A stretch of DNA of 64,000 bases from Acidobacteriota bacterium. GTDB taxonomy: Bacteria > Acidobacteriota > Vicinamibacteria > Vicinamibacterales > UBA2999. The translations under genes and the position numbers were made by a program. The notes under the pieces were generated by a model. The model saw only the letters and a list, made by a program, of their open reading frames with translations, did not search any database and was not told the origin of the DNA. Each line of letters begins with the position of its first letter. Positions within the stretch are counted from its first letter, which is position 1. This document shows positions 38,067 through 48,277 of this stretch, piece after piece. The DNA is taken from the NCBI GenBank assembly GCA_052389315.1, contig JBQTIE010000033.1:27778-91777 (forward strand), in the 5' to 3' direction.

Positions 38067-39566
38067 ATGGTGCGGGCGACCCGCGCAGCCGCTGTCACCC
38101 TGTCGATACTCGTCGGGCTTCACGCACAGGTGAGGACGCCGGACGAGGCCCCGGCGCTCGAGCTGTTCTTTACAGGTGCCGGCCCAGACGACCGAAAGGC
38201 TCGGGAGGCGCTCGACCAGCTCTCAGCACGCTGGCGTGACGCGTATGCCTCCATGATCGTCGATCTCGCGCGCCTGATGCGGCCCGCCCCCCGACGCGAC
38301 GGCGCCGAAGCCGAGCCCATGTTTGCCGACGAGGAGACCAACGAGTTCACAACTTCCCGTGGCGCAGATGGGCTGGCGGGCAATCCCGGGCCCATGCGGC
38401 GCGAGTCCCGCATCCGCCAGCGGCTCCTGAGCTTCCTCGAGCGCCAAACGAAACAGCGCTTTGGCGACGACCTCAACCGGTGGCGCGAGTGGATGTGGAC
38501 GCTTCCGGAAGAACCCCATCCCGACTACGCGCGCTTCAAGGGCATTCTGTACGCGCAGATCGACCCGCGGATGGCTGGATTCTTCCGACCGACCGGCCCG
38601 TCCGTGATCAGGCTTGACGAGATCGACTGGGGTGGCGTCCCGGTCAACGGCATCCCGCCGCTCTACTACCCCAAGACCCTGGCCGCCGCCGAGGCCCGAT
38701 ACCTTCGCGACAGCCATCTCGTGTTCGGGGTGGTCGTCAACGGCGAAGCGCGGGCCTACCCGAAGCGAATCCTCGCGTGGCATGAGATGGCCGTCGATCG
38801 CATCGGCGGCATCGAGATGACCATCGTCTACTGCACGCTGTGCGGCACGGTGATTCCCTACGAGAGCACGGTGGGCGGTCGCACGCGGCGCTTCGGCACG
38901 AGCGGTTTGCTCTATCGTTCGAACAAGCTCATGTTCGACCAAGAAACGCTGAGCTTGTGGTCGACCCTCGAGGGCCGACCGGTCGTGGGGCCGCTGGTCG
39001 ACCAGAAACTGGAACTGACGATGCACGCCGTCGTGACGACGACGTGGGGCGAATGGCGTGCAGAGCACCCCGGTACTCGCGTGCTGTCTCTCGAGACGGG
39101 CCACAAGCGCGACTACGGCGAGGGCGCCGCCTATCGCGACTATTTTTCCACCGACGATCTGTATTTCCGTGTCTCCAACGTGGACAAGCGGCTCAAGAAC
39201 AAGGCCGAGATCCTGGCGGCCGCGATCGCGGCGCCTGATGGCGCGGTGCAGGCAGTGGCGATCACGGCCGACCTGCTGAAGCGCAACCCGGTGTTTCACT
39301 TCGAAGCCTCGCAGCGTCGTCTGGTCGTCGTCACGAGCCGGGAAGGCGCGAACCGGATGTACGATGCCGGGAGTTCCGGCGTTCGCTTCGAGCGAATGGC
39401 CGATGCCCGCACCGTGATCGACACGGCTGGCCAGCCCTGGCGCTGGACCGAGGCGGCGCTCGAGCGCGAGGGCGATTCCACGGTCAGATTGCCTCGAGTG
39501 CCCGCCCACCGGGCCTTCTGGTTCGGGTGGTACGCCCAGTTTCCTTCGACGGTGCTGATCAAGTGA
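38067..39566 (+). CDS. DUF3179 domain-containing protein
   Basis: VNGEARAYPKRILAWHEM, IVYCTLCGT, GTSGLLYRSNKLMFDQETLSLWS are characteristic DUF3179 motifs. Confidence 0.8.
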   Translation: MVRATRAAAVTLSILVGLHAQVRTPDEAPALELFFTGAGPDDRKAREALDQLSARWRDAYASMIVDLARLMRPAPRRDGAEAEPMFADEETNEFTTSRGADGLAGNPGPMRRESRIRQRLLSFLERQTKQRFGDDLNRWREWMWTLPEEPHPDYARFKGILYAQIDPRMAGFFRPTGPSVIRLDEIDWGGVPVNGIPPLYYPKTLAAAEARYLRDSHLVFGVVVNGEARAYPKRILAWHEMAVDRIGGIEMTIVYCTLCGTVIPYESTVGGRTRRFGTSGLLYRSNKLMFDQETLSLWSTLEGRPVVGPLVDQKLELTMHAVVTTTWGEWRAEHPGTRVLSLETGHKRDYGEGAAYRDYFSTDDLYFRVSNVDKRLKNKAEILAAAIAAPDGAVQAVAITADLLKRNPVFHFEASQRRLVVVTSREGANRMYDAGSSGVRFERMADARTVIDTAGQPWRWTEAALEREGDSTVRLPRVPAHRAFWFGWYAQFPSTVLIK

Positions 39567-39603
39567 TCCGCAGCGTGGCCCTGGCGTCGAGCGGCAGACC
39601 GGG

Positions 39604-41109
39604 GTGATGACGTCGCCCGACCTCTCTCTGGCGACCCCGGACGAGGTGCTGGCCGCCCACGTACGCCCCCCGGAATGGGTGAACCCGCCGCCTGCCCGCA
39701 CCTATGACCTCGTCGTGATCGGCGGCGGCACGGCAGGTCTGGTCAGCGCCATGGGTGCGGCTGGTCTTGGCGCGCGTGTGGCGCTGGTGGAGCGCCACCT
39801 GCTCGGGGGCGACTGTCTCAACACCGGGTGCGTCCCCTCGAAGGCGCTGATCCGCTCGGCACGGGCCGCGGCCAACGCGTCGCCGGGCACGCAGTTGGGA
39901 GTGAGCGTCGCCGGCCTCGAGGTGCACTTCGACCTCGTCATGGACCGCCTCCGGCGCCGGCGTGCGACCATCGCGGCCCACGATGCGGCATCACGCGTGC
40001 GCGCAGCCGGGGTCGACGTCTTCTTTGGCGAGGCTCGGTTCGCCGATGCGCGTTCGGTGACGGTGGGCGACGCGCGGCTGTCCTTCAACCGAGCCGTCAT
40101 CGCCAGCGGCGCGCGGCCGGCCGCGCCGGCGATACCGGGCGCCGATCGAGTGCCCTATCTCACCAGCGACACGGTGTTTTCGCTGACGGCGCGGCCTCGG
40201 CATGTCCTGGTGCTCGGCGCCGGCCCGATCGGCTGCGAGCTCGCACAGGCATTCGTGCGACTAGGGTCCCGCGTAACGCTCATGGGGCGGGCCACACAGT
40301 TGCTGCCCCGCGAAGCAGCAGACGCCGGGGCGGTCCTCCACCGGGCCTTCGGTCGCGACGGCATCGACTGCCGCCTTCAGACCACCATCCAGCGAATCGA
40401 CGGAGAGCCCGGTGATGTCCGCGTCACCTTCTCCGGGCAGGACGGCGTCGGGCTGGCTTCCGGCGATGCGCTGCTCGTCGCTACGGGCCGCACGCCCAAC
40501 ATCGAGTCGCTCAACCTTCCGGCCGCCGACATCGACGCCACCGCCCAGGGCATCGTGGTCAACGACTTCCTCCAGACGACGAACCGAAGGGTCTATGCCA
40601 GTGGCGACGTCTGTTCACGGTTCAAGTTCACGCACGCCGCCGATGCCTTGTCGCGTATCGTCCTGCAGAATGCCCTGTTCTTTGGGCGGCGGCGCGCGAG
40701 TCAGCTGGTGATCCCCTGGGTGACGTTCACCGACCCCGAAGTTGCCCACGTCGGGGTGTCGGAGAGGGCCGTTCGAGACTCTGGCGGACGGCTGGCATCC
40801 GTCGACATCCCCTTGCATGACGTCGATCGCTCGGTTGTGGACGATGAATCGGACGGGTTCGTGCGGGTCCATCACGAACGCGGGCGTGTCAGGGGCTGTA
40901 CGATCGTCGCTCCGCACGCGGGAGAGATCATCGGGGAGGTGGCCTACGCCATCACGCACGGCGGCACGATGGCGGACCTCTCCGCGACGGTGCACCCCTA
41001 CCCCACCGTGGCCGAAGCACTGCGAAAGGCTGGAGATGCGTACCGGCGCCAGTCGGTGACGCCGACCGCCAAACAGTGGCTCGGGCGCTACTTCAGGTTG
41101 ACACGGTGA
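39604..41109 (+). CDS. FAD-dependent pyridine nucleotide-disulfide oxidoreductase (mercuric-reductase-like / dihydrolipoyl dehydrogenase family)
   Basis: YDLVVIGGGTAGL. Redox-active GGDCLNTGCVPSK. Second Rossmann LVLGAGPIGCELA. C-terminal dimerisation domain. No HMA domain and no C-terminal Cys pair. Confidence 0.88.
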   Translation: MMTSPDLSLATPDEVLAAHVRPPEWVNPPPARTYDLVVIGGGTAGLVSAMGAAGLGARVALVERHLLGGDCLNTGCVPSKALIRSARAAANASPGTQLGVSVAGLEVHFDLVMDRLRRRRATIAAHDAASRVRAAGVDVFFGEARFADARSVTVGDARLSFNRAVIASGARPAAPAIPGADRVPYLTSDTVFSLTARPRHVLVLGAGPIGCELAQAFVRLGSRVTLMGRATQLLPREAADAGAVLHRAFGRDGIDCRLQTTIQRIDGEPGDVRVTFSGQDGVGLASGDALLVATGRTPNIESLNLPAADIDATAQGIVVNDFLQTTNRRVYASGDVCSRFKFTHAADALSRIVLQNALFFGRRRASQLVIPWVTFTDPEVAHVGVSERAVRDSGGRLASVDIPLHDVDRSVVDDESDGFVRVHHERGRVRGCTIVAPHAGEIIGEVAYAITHGGTMADLSATVHPYPTVAEALRKAGDAYRRQSVTPTAKQWLGRYFRLTR

Positions 41110-41816
41110 AGGTCGCGCCGAGACTCATCGGTCTGCTCGCCCTTGCTGCCGCCGCGATGACGGCAGCGCTGCTGCTGCCGCTGGCCGAGTGGACCGTCCG
41201 CCTGGCCGCACGCGCCAGAGAGACGGGGCCACTCGGCGCGGCTGTCTTCTTCGTCGCCTACATCCTCAGCACCGTCGCGGGGCTGCCGGGATCGATCCTG
41301 ACGCTGGGAGCGGGCTTCGCGTACGGTCCCTTCTGGGGTCTCGCGCTGGCCTCGCCCTCCAGCATTGCCGGCGCCACGGCTGCGTTTCTTCTCGGGCGGA
41401 CGTTGCTGCGCGACTGGGCCGCCCGCAAGGTGGGCGCCTCGGCCAAAGGTCGCGCCATCGAACTCGCCGTGGCCCGAGACGGGTTCAAGCTCGTGTTGCT
41501 CCTGCGGTTGTCGCCGCTGTTCCCGTTCAACGTGCTCAACTACGTCTTGAGCCTTTCGACGGTGCGCTTGCGCGACTACGTGGCAGCGTCGGCCATCGGC
41601 ATGCTGCCCGGGACCGCGCTCTACGTATATCTTGGCTCCCTGGCTCCAGCGGCCGCGGACCTCTCGTCGGCCGCCGCGGAAGGGGGCCGGGCCCGCGTCG
41701 CGATCTACGTCATCGGGTTGCTGGCCACGGTCCTCGTGGCGGTGCTGGCCACTCGTGCGGCTCGGCGGGAGCTTTCGGCGGCGCTGCCGGAGGGCGCGGC
41801 TGTCCGCGAGCGTTAG
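41106..41816 (+). CDS. TVP38/TMEM64 (DedA-related) family membrane protein
   Basis: FFVAYILSTVAGLPGSILTLGAGFAYG and LLLRLSPLFPFNVLNYVLSLS. Start placed at GTG 41106 (GTGA overlap with the upstream stop); the track start is 41076. Confidence 0.8.
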   Translation: MKVAPRLIGLLALAAAAMTAALLLPLAEWTVRLAARARETGPLGAAVFFVAYILSTVAGLPGSILTLGAGFAYGPFWGLALASPSSIAGATAAFLLGRTLLRDWAARKVGASAKGRAIELAVARDGFKLVLLLRLSPLFPFNVLNYVLSLSTVRLRDYVAASAIGMLPGTALYVYLGSLAPAAADLSSAAAEGGRARVAIYVIGLLATVLVAVLATRAARRELSAALPEGAAVRER

Positions 41817-43228
41817 GTCTCCGAAGGCGCCGCTTGCAGGTGCTCTCCGGAGGCGGCCACCACCGGATCGATGAAATCCCGGTAGGCGTCCTCGTAGCCA
41901 CGCTGAATCTGCTCCGCCAGCGGGTGCTCCCGGTCCGAGCGTTCGTCGTAGGCCCCGACGAGATCGAAGGCACCCACCGGGTTGTAGCCGGGATGGATTT
42001 CGTAGACCGCGCGGAAACGATGCTGGAGATGATTCACGGCGTCGCGGACTGAAGCCGCTTCGAGCGAGGCCGCATGCTGGCTCAGCCGACCCAGCGGGTC
42101 GAGCCGTGGCTGCGCCAGCTCATGAGGCCGTGGGGGCTCCGGCGCTGCCGACACGACGATGAGTTGCTCGGCGCCAGCCGCCGCGGCCTCTTCCAATAAT
42201 CGGCTGAGCGCGGCCGGCCGGTCCAGCAGCCGGTGCACTTCACCGCGCCAATATGAGTCGGCCGAAAACCCCACGAGGGCCGGCTCGGTGAGCCCGGGAA
42301 CACTGAGCGCGGCCCGCATGACATCGACGACGTGGTCCTGTGCCAGCCCCGCGAGGTCGAACGCCTCCGCGCGGCGGACGCCCGTGGCGCTCGGGGGAGG
42401 AAACAGGGTTCGGCGAAACGGCTCGCGCACGAGGCCAAAGACGAGGTCGCGACGCGCGTCGAGGTCGTGCACGGTGAGCAGCAGCTCGCGGAATCCCGGC
42501 TGGCCGAGGTTGTCAGCCAGCAGTTCGGAAACCCGACGACTCAGGTCTGCGGCGACCGGCTGCCGTAACATCGCGCCGCCCTTCATCAGGTCCCATAAGC
42601 CCTTGCTGAAATGCCGCGCGGCGCCGGATCCATCGAGGGGAGCCCCCAGCACCGCCCAGGCGAGCGGGCCGCGCGATCGGCGACGAAGCGGCGCGCGGCG
42701 CCACGCGATGGCGCTCCCCGCCACCAGCGTGAGGATTCCCGCGACCGTGATGAGCGAAAGAATTCGCGGCAGCCAGGTGGGGAGCGCCGCGGGATGGAAG
42801 GCCGAGGCGAGCGTGTCCGAGTACTGCTGCAGGAGCCGGGCGCCGCTCTCGAGCCCGGCCATCCCGAACAGCATGCCCACCGGATAGGTGACAACGGCTC
42901 CAGCCACGAACACCAGCGGGCTGAGCAGGACCATGGCGAGCATGACGAGCAGCACGAAGACAACCCGGATGGGCCAGCGCCACCGATAGAGATGCGCGAC
43001 GCCCGGCTGTCGCCAGAGTCCCTTGACGTCCCAGAGACCTTGCGCACCCTCGATCGCGGCGAACACGGCGCTGACCGCGCCCATCCCGCGGCCGCAGACG
43101 AGGTCGATCTTGATGCCGGCTTCGTCCAGCGCACGAAGAACGCCCGCATGATAGGCGCCATCGGCCCCGGTGCCAGTCAGGACGAGCGCTGTGCGCCGAT
43201 CCGGAGAATAGCCATCCGTCATATGCAC
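41813..43228 (-). CDS. patatin-like phospholipase family protein, probably catalytically inactive, with a membrane-spanning insertion
   Basis: LVLTGTGADGAYHAGVLRAL (GGGxRG-like) and LVCGRGMGAVSA in place of GxSxG. Hydrophobic segments at about residues 85-125 and 150-175. Confidence 0.7.
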   Translation of the reverse strand: MHMTDGYSPDRRTALVLTGTGADGAYHAGVLRALDEAGIKIDLVCGRGMGAVSAVFAAIEGAQGLWDVKGLWRQPGVAHLYRWRWPIRVVFVLLVMLAMVLLSPLVFVAGAVVTYPVGMLFGMAGLESGARLLQQYSDTLASAFHPAALPTWLPRILSLITVAGILTLVAGSAIAWRRAPLRRRSRGPLAWAVLGAPLDGSGAARHFSKGLWDLMKGGAMLRQPVAADLSRRVSELLADNLGQPGFRELLLTVHDLDARRDLVFGLVREPFRRTLFPPPSATGVRRAEAFDLAGLAQDHVVDVMRAALSVPGLTEPALVGFSADSYWRGEVHRLLDRPAALSRLLEEAAAAGAEQLIVVSAAPEPPRPHELAQPRLDPLGRLSQHAASLEAASVRDAVNHLQHRFRAVYEIHPGYNPVGAFDLVGAYDERSDREHPLAEQIQRGYEDAYRDFIDPVVAASGEHLQAAPSET

Positions 43229-43248
43229 CAGGCCCGACGCGGGATCGG

Positions 43249-43710
43249 TTATTCGTGAATGGTGACGAGCTTGATCAGCTCGAACCGCCGTGTGCCGGTA
43301 GGCGTCGAGACGACGATGTCGTCGCCCTCCTCCTTGTTGAGGATCGCTTTGCCAATCGGTGACGAGGTGGACACGAGGCCCTTCTCGGCGTCGGCATCCT
43401 CGGGCATGACCAGTTGGTACACCAGTTCGCTCCCCGTCACTTCGCGCAGCGTGACGGTGGATCCAAAGCCCGCTTTGCCATGTGGGATCCGCTCCATGTT
43501 CATCAGCGCGACCTCGTGCATCCGGCGTTTGATCATGGCCAGACGTGCCTGCACGTAGGACTGGCGCTCCTTGGCTGCCTGGTACTCGGCGTTCTCCCTC
43601 AGATCGCCGAGCTCGCGAGCGCGCTGGATCTCCTTCGGAAGCTCTGTCTTCAGCTCCCGTTCGAGCGCCGCCACTTCTTCTTCAAACCGCTTGAGCAGTC
43701 TTTCTTTCAT
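43249..43710 (-). CDS. greA: transcription elongation factor GreA
   Basis: GDLRENAEYQAAKERQ coiled-coil motif and C-terminal SSPIGKAILNKEEGD. 153 aa. Confidence 0.93.
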   Translation of the reverse strand: MKERLLKRFEEEVAALERELKTELPKEIQRARELGDLRENAEYQAAKERQSYVQARLAMIKRRMHEVALMNMERIPHGKAGFGSTVTLREVTGSELVYQLVMPEDADAEKGLVSTSSPIGKAILNKEEGDDIVVSTPTGTRRFELIKLVTIHE

Positions 43711-43729
43711 CGTCCCAAACCACGGAGTG

Positions 43730-43735
43730 TACCAT
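43730..43735 (+). promoter_or_regulatory. candidate -10 hexamer TACCAT, 11 nt upstream of GTG 43747
   Basis: Lies in the 36-bp divergent greA/trmH-like intergenic region. The same site read on the other strand gives TATGGT. Confidence 0.3.
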
Positions 43736-43746
43736 AGCTCTCACCC

Positions 43747-44601
43747 GTGTCTGTGTTGAAGAGCCGCCGACATCCAATCGTCGCGCTGTTCCGCAAGGCC
43801 GCACGCGACGGCGGTCCGTTCGCGCTCATCGACGGCTGGCACCTCCTGCGCGAGGCGCACGAGGCCTCGCTGCGGATCGACACGGTGGCCATCGCCGACG
43901 AGGGCCGGGGAGCGGCGACGGCACCGCTCCTCGCCGAAGTGGCTCGTCACGCCAAAGTGGTTACCGTCTCCGCAGGCGTCATGGATGCACTTTCCCCGGT
44001 CCGGACGCCGACCGGCGTGGTGGCCCTGGTAGCCCGCCGGGAGGCCGAGGACCAGGATCTGCTGCGCGGCCGGCCGGCCCTCCTGCTCGTGGCGGTGGAC
44101 ATCCAGGATCCCGGCAATGTCGGCGCCCTGATTCGCGCCGGCGAGGCCGGGGGTGCCACGGGGGTTGCCATCGTGGGCCAGTCGGCGGACCCGTGGGGCT
44201 GGAAGGCCCTGCGCGCCGCGATGGGGAGCACCTTCCGCCTCCCGGTCCTGGTCGAACGCGATACGGCAACGCTCCTGGGCCGCCTGCAGGAGGCGGGGCT
44301 CACGACCTTCGCCACCGTCCCGCGCGGCGGTACGTCGATGGAACTCGTCAATCTCCGCGACAGCTGCGCGCTCGTCTTCGGCAGCGAAGGCGCCGGCCTC
44401 TCCGCGTCGCTGCTCGATCTCCAGCCCATCGACGGACGCGTCTCGATTCCCCTTCACGGGCGCGTCGAGTCGCTGAATGTGGCAGTCGCCGTTGGGGTCC
44501 TGGTGTACGAGGCTCGCCGGCAGCGTCACACACCGTCTGGTCGATCCGGCGGCCCGAGTCGGCCCCGCGGAGTCCGACCTCGACCAGGAGGAGGGACGTG
44601 A
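43747..44601 (+). CDS. TrmH/SpoU-family RNA 2'-O-methyltransferase
   Basis: DIQDPGNVGALIRAGEAGG, FGSEGAGLS, IPLHGRVESLNVAVAVGVLVYE. Confidence 0.85.
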   Translation: MSVLKSRRHPIVALFRKAARDGGPFALIDGWHLLREAHEASLRIDTVAIADEGRGAATAPLLAEVARHAKVVTVSAGVMDALSPVRTPTGVVALVARREAEDQDLLRGRPALLLVAVDIQDPGNVGALIRAGEAGGATGVAIVGQSADPWGWKALRAAMGSTFRLPVLVERDTATLLGRLQEAGLTTFATVPRGGTSMELVNLRDSCALVFGSEGAGLSASLLDLQPIDGRVSIPLHGRVESLNVAVAVGVLVYEARRQRHTPSGRSGGPSRPRGVRPRPGGGT

Positions 44602-45953
44602 TGTCGTCACTGTTTGACGAGCCCGACGGCGCGCCCGACCCGCGCACCGTACCGCTGGCCGAACGGATGCGGCCCCGGACACTGGACGAGATTGAAGGTC
44701 AGGACGCGCTGGTCGGCCCAGGCCATCCGCTACGCGAGGCCATCGCGAGGGACCGCGTGCAGTCGATCATTCTCTGGGGTCCACCCGGCACGGGCAAAAC
44801 CACGCTGGCCCGCCTGATCGCCGAATTGACATCTGCCGAGTTCGTCGGCTTCAGCGCCGTGCTGTCCGGCATCAAAGAGGTCAAGGACGTCATGGCCTCG
44901 GCTCAAGACCGCCGTCGGCGGCTGGGGCGGCGCACGATCGTGTTCATCGACGAGATTCACAGGTTCAACAAGGCACAACAGGATGCCTTCCTCCCGCGCG
45001 TCGAGTCGGGCGACATCATCCTGATCGGGGCGACGACCGAGAATCCCTCCTTCGAAGTCAACGCGGCGCTGCTGTCTCGCTCGAAGGTGTTCGTGCTCGA
45101 GCCGCTCGGAGAGCAGGCGCTCGTCAGAATTCTCCAGCGCGCGTTGACAGACGAAGAGCGGGGCCTCGGCCGCGAGCCTCTCGAGGTGCCGGACGAGGTG
45201 CTGACGGCGATGGCCCGCTACGCCAATGGGGACGCCAGGACCGCGCTCAACGTCCTCCAGCTGGCCGCGGCTGCGGCCCCCCGTGGAGAGGGCGCGTCCC
45301 GGATCGACATGCCGCTGCTCGAGCGCACCATTCAGAAGAAAGCCCTCCTCTACGACAAGGCTGGCGAGGAGCACTTCAATATCATCTCGGCGCTTCACAA
45401 GTCGATGCGCAATTCCGATCCGGATGCGGCGGTGTACTGGCTCGCGCGCATGCTGGAAGCCGGCGAGGATCCGCTATACGTCGCGCGGCGACTCGTGCGG
45501 TTCGCGTCAGAGGACGTGGGCATCGCCGACCCCCAGGCCTTGTGTGTCGCGGTCGCTGCCAAGGAGGCCGTCCACTTCATCGGCATGCCTGAGGGCAACA
45601 CGGCGCTCGCCCAAGCCGCGATCTACTTGGCCACCGCGCCCAAGAGCAACGCGGTCTACACGGCCTACCAGGCCGCGGCCGGCGCGGCTCAGCACGACGA
45701 GGCGCAACCCGTCCCGCTGCCGCTGCGAAACGCGCCCACGCGCCTGATGAAGGATCTCGGATACGGCAAGCAGTATCGCTACGCGCACGACGAGCCTGAC
45801 GCCATCGCCGACCTCGAATGCCTGCCCGAAAACCTGCGCGGCCGTCAGTTCTACCGGCCGACCGACCGCGGGCTCGAGAAGGAAATCCAGCGTCGCCTCG
45901 CGTCGTGGGCCGCGCAGAAAGCACAACAGCGCCGCGATCCCTCAAAGGCCTAG
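44601..45953 (+). CDS. rarA: replication-associated recombination protein A (AAA+ ATPase)
   Basis: Start at ATG 44601, overlapping the upstream [54 protein letters not shown]. Confidence 0.93.
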   Translation: MSSLFDEPDGAPDPRTVPLAERMRPRTLDEIEGQDALVGPGHPLREAIARDRVQSIILWGPPGTGKTTLARLIAELTSAEFVGFSAVLSGIKEVKDVMASAQDRRRRLGRRTIVFIDEIHRFNKAQQDAFLPRVESGDIILIGATTENPSFEVNAALLSRSKVFVLEPLGEQALVRILQRALTDEERGLGREPLEVPDEVLTAMARYANGDARTALNVLQLAAAAAPRGEGASRIDMPLLERTIQKKALLYDKAGEEHFNIISALHKSMRNSDPDAAVYWLARMLEAGEDPLYVARRLVRFASEDVGIADPQALCVAVAAKEAVHFIGMPEGNTALAQAAIYLATAPKSNAVYTAYQAAAGAAQHDEAQPVPLPLRNAPTRLMKDLGYGKQYRYAHDEPDAIADLECLPENLRGRQFYRPTDRGLEKEIQRRLASWAAQKAQQRRDPSKA

Positions 45954-46080
45954 CGAGGCGTCGCCTCAGACCGCCGAGCATGTTGGGCGGTGAGGCTCCG
46001 CCTCCCCGGCGCCAGCTGCGGCTCAGGTCATGTGTGTCTGGCCATTCGAGCCGCCACCGTTCAGGGCCGACGCGCCGCCC

Positions 46081-46869
46081 CTACATGCCTGGAGGGGTAA
46101 ACCGGCCATCGACGGCCAGCCAGCCGCCGTCGGCATACAGGATCGTGCCGGTGACGTAGGAGGCCGCGTCGGAAATCAGAAACAGCGTGGGCCCCGCCAT
46201 CTCTTCTGCTTTCCCCCACCGCTTGAAGACGTTCTTCTGCGCATACGCCTGATACCACTCGGCGTGCGCCTTGATCGGGGCCGTCAGGGGCGTCTCGATG
46301 ACCCCGGGACCCACGGCGTTCACCCGCACGCCGGAAGCCCCGAACTCACACGCCGCCCCACGCACGAGCTGAAGGATGCCGGCCTTGGTCATGGAGTAGA
46401 TCGCCTGACCCGGCTCGACGACCAGCGACCGGATCGACGAGAAGATGACGATACTCCCGCGGCCTCGTGCGACCATGATGCGCCCGGCCGCGCGGACTAC
46501 GTTGAAGCTGCCCTTGAGGTTGATCCGCACGACGCGATCGAACTCGTCTTCCGCGTAGTCGAGCAGTTTCTTCCGCACGTTGATGCTCGGTGTGCACACG
46601 ACGCCGTCGAGGCTCCCGGCCTGCGCGGCCACCTGCGCGAGCGCCTGCTCGGTCGCGCCCGCGTCGGTGATGTCGAGCGTCAGGGCATCGGCCGAACCCC
46701 TTTGTGTGCGCACGTGATCGGCGGTCGCCCGCGCCGCCTCGCCATTGGCATCGAGGCAGGCCACATGCGCGCCCTGGCTGGCCGCGCCGAGCGCGACAGC
46801 CTGCCCGATGCCGGATCCTGCACCGATCACCGCGACGGTCTTGTCATCGAGACGGAAGATGTCAGTCAT
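46081..46869 (-). CDS. SDR-family oxidoreductase
   Basis: Start at ATG 46869. VIGAGSGIGQA, and catalytic YSMTKAG. Confidence 0.9.
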   Translation of the reverse strand: MTDIFRLDDKTVAVIGAGSGIGQAVALGAASQGAHVACLDANGEAARATADHVRTQRGSADALTLDITDAGATEQALAQVAAQAGSLDGVVCTPSINVRKKLLDYAEDEFDRVVRINLKGSFNVVRAAGRIMVARGRGSIVIFSSIRSLVVEPGQAIYSMTKAGILQLVRGAACEFGASGVRVNAVGPGVIETPLTAPIKAHAEWYQAYAQKNVFKRWGKAEEMAGPTLFLISDAASYVTGTILYADGGWLAVDGRFTPPGM

Positions 46870-48277
46870 GCGAGCCCTTCGGGGAAGTGGGCGCCAGGCC
46901 CAGCGTGAGAAAGAACCCGACGGCCGCCGCCAGCGTGCCCAGCAGCGTGGGATCGAAGACGCCGATCCCCCGGCCGGCGTTGAACACCTGCAAGCCGAGG
47001 CGCACGCTGACACCGGCCGCGATGGCGGCAAAGGCCTCACGGCTTCCGGCCGCGCGCACGAAGAGGCCCCCCACCACTGGAACGAACAGGGAGACGGCCA
47101 GGAGCGAATAGAAAATGCCCAGTGCCAGGATGACCGACGGTGGCAGCACCACCGCCAGGACTACACCCAGCGTGCCGCCGACGAGCGAGGCCAGGCGGGC
47201 TACGGCGAGCACGCGGTGGTCGGAGGCCGCCGGGTTCACGAACCGCTTGTACAAGTCCTTCGAAAGCGAAGTGGCCAGCATGAACAGGATCGCATCGCAG
47301 GTGCTGACCTCCGCCGAGAAGACCGCGGCAAGGGCGAGACCTCCGAAAACAGGGTGGAGGTGCTCGGTGAACATCAACGGGAGCACCTGGTCGCGAACGG
47401 CCACGTCAGGATGCGCGACGCGGCCGGCCATGCCGATGAGAACCGGAAGAAACGCGAAGAGCATCAGCACGAGCGCCTGGACCCCGATGCCAACCCGCAC
47501 CGTGCGCTCGTCGGCGGCCCCATACGCCTTCTGAACCAGGCCGGGTGAAATCACAAACGCCGGAGCCAGGAGAAACAGGAACGTCCACCCCGAGCCTGGC
47601 CCGGTCGAGTAGAACGGGTCGGTAAAGCCCGGTGCGGTCGCCGCGACCTCGGCAAGGGCGCCCAGCCCGCCGACGCTGGCCACCACGATGGGGACAGCGA
47701 CCAGAAAGCCGCCGATGAGGACGCAGAGCTGCACGAGGTTCACCCACGCCGAGCTCAGCAGGCCGCCCGCGACGAAATAGGCGGTCATGACGAGGCCGCC
47801 GATGAGCGCGCCGCCCCAGCGCGGCAGGCCGGCGACGACCTCGAGAATGGCAGCGCCCGCAATCAACTGCGCGGCCAGGATGAAGAGTGTCCCCACCCAG
47901 ATCAGGCCGGCAACGACCCCTCGGACCGCTGGGCTGTATCGCCACTCGAGGAAATCTCCCGCGGTGTAGAGATTGTGGTCGCGCGCGATCCGCCAGATCC
48001 GCGGGCCGATCACGAACGCGAGAGCCAGCGAGCCGAGGGCGGCAGAACCGTTCCACCACCACGCGCTCAACCCATCCCGGTAGGCCTGACCGGAGGCCCC
48101 GATCGTCGAACCCGCCCCGATGTTCGCCGCCAGAACGGTCGAAAACAACAGCGGTGCACTCAAACGGCGGCCGGCCACGAAGAAGTCGCTCGCACCACGC
48201 ACGCGTCTCGCGATCCAGACGCCGATGACCACCAGCAGCGCCGAGTAGACCCCGAGCAGGACCAGCTGGACGTTCAT
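46862..48277 (-). CDS. sodium:solute symporter (SSS) family transporter
   Basis: 471 aa. FFVAGRRLSAPLLFSTVLAANIGAGSTIG is a typical SSS N-terminal motif. The stop overlaps the SDR start region. Confidence 0.88.
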   Translation of the reverse strand: MNVQLVLLGVYSALLVVIGVWIARRVRGASDFFVAGRRLSAPLLFSTVLAANIGAGSTIGASGQAYRDGLSAWWWNGSAALGSLALAFVIGPRIWRIARDHNLYTAGDFLEWRYSPAVRGVVAGLIWVGTLFILAAQLIAGAAILEVVAGLPRWGGALIGGLVMTAYFVAGGLLSSAWVNLVQLCVLIGGFLVAVPIVVASVGGLGALAEVAATAPGFTDPFYSTGPGSGWTFLFLLAPAFVISPGLVQKAYGAADERTVRVGIGVQALVLMLFAFLPVLIGMAGRVAHPDVAVRDQVLPLMFTEHLHPVFGGLALAAVFSAEVSTCDAILFMLATSLSKDLYKRFVNPAASDHRVLAVARLASLVGGTLGVVLAVVLPPSVILALGIFYSLLAVSLFVPVVGGLFVRAAGSREAFAAIAAGVSVRLGLQVFNAGRGIGVFDPTLLGTLAAAVGFFLTLGLAPTSPKGSHD

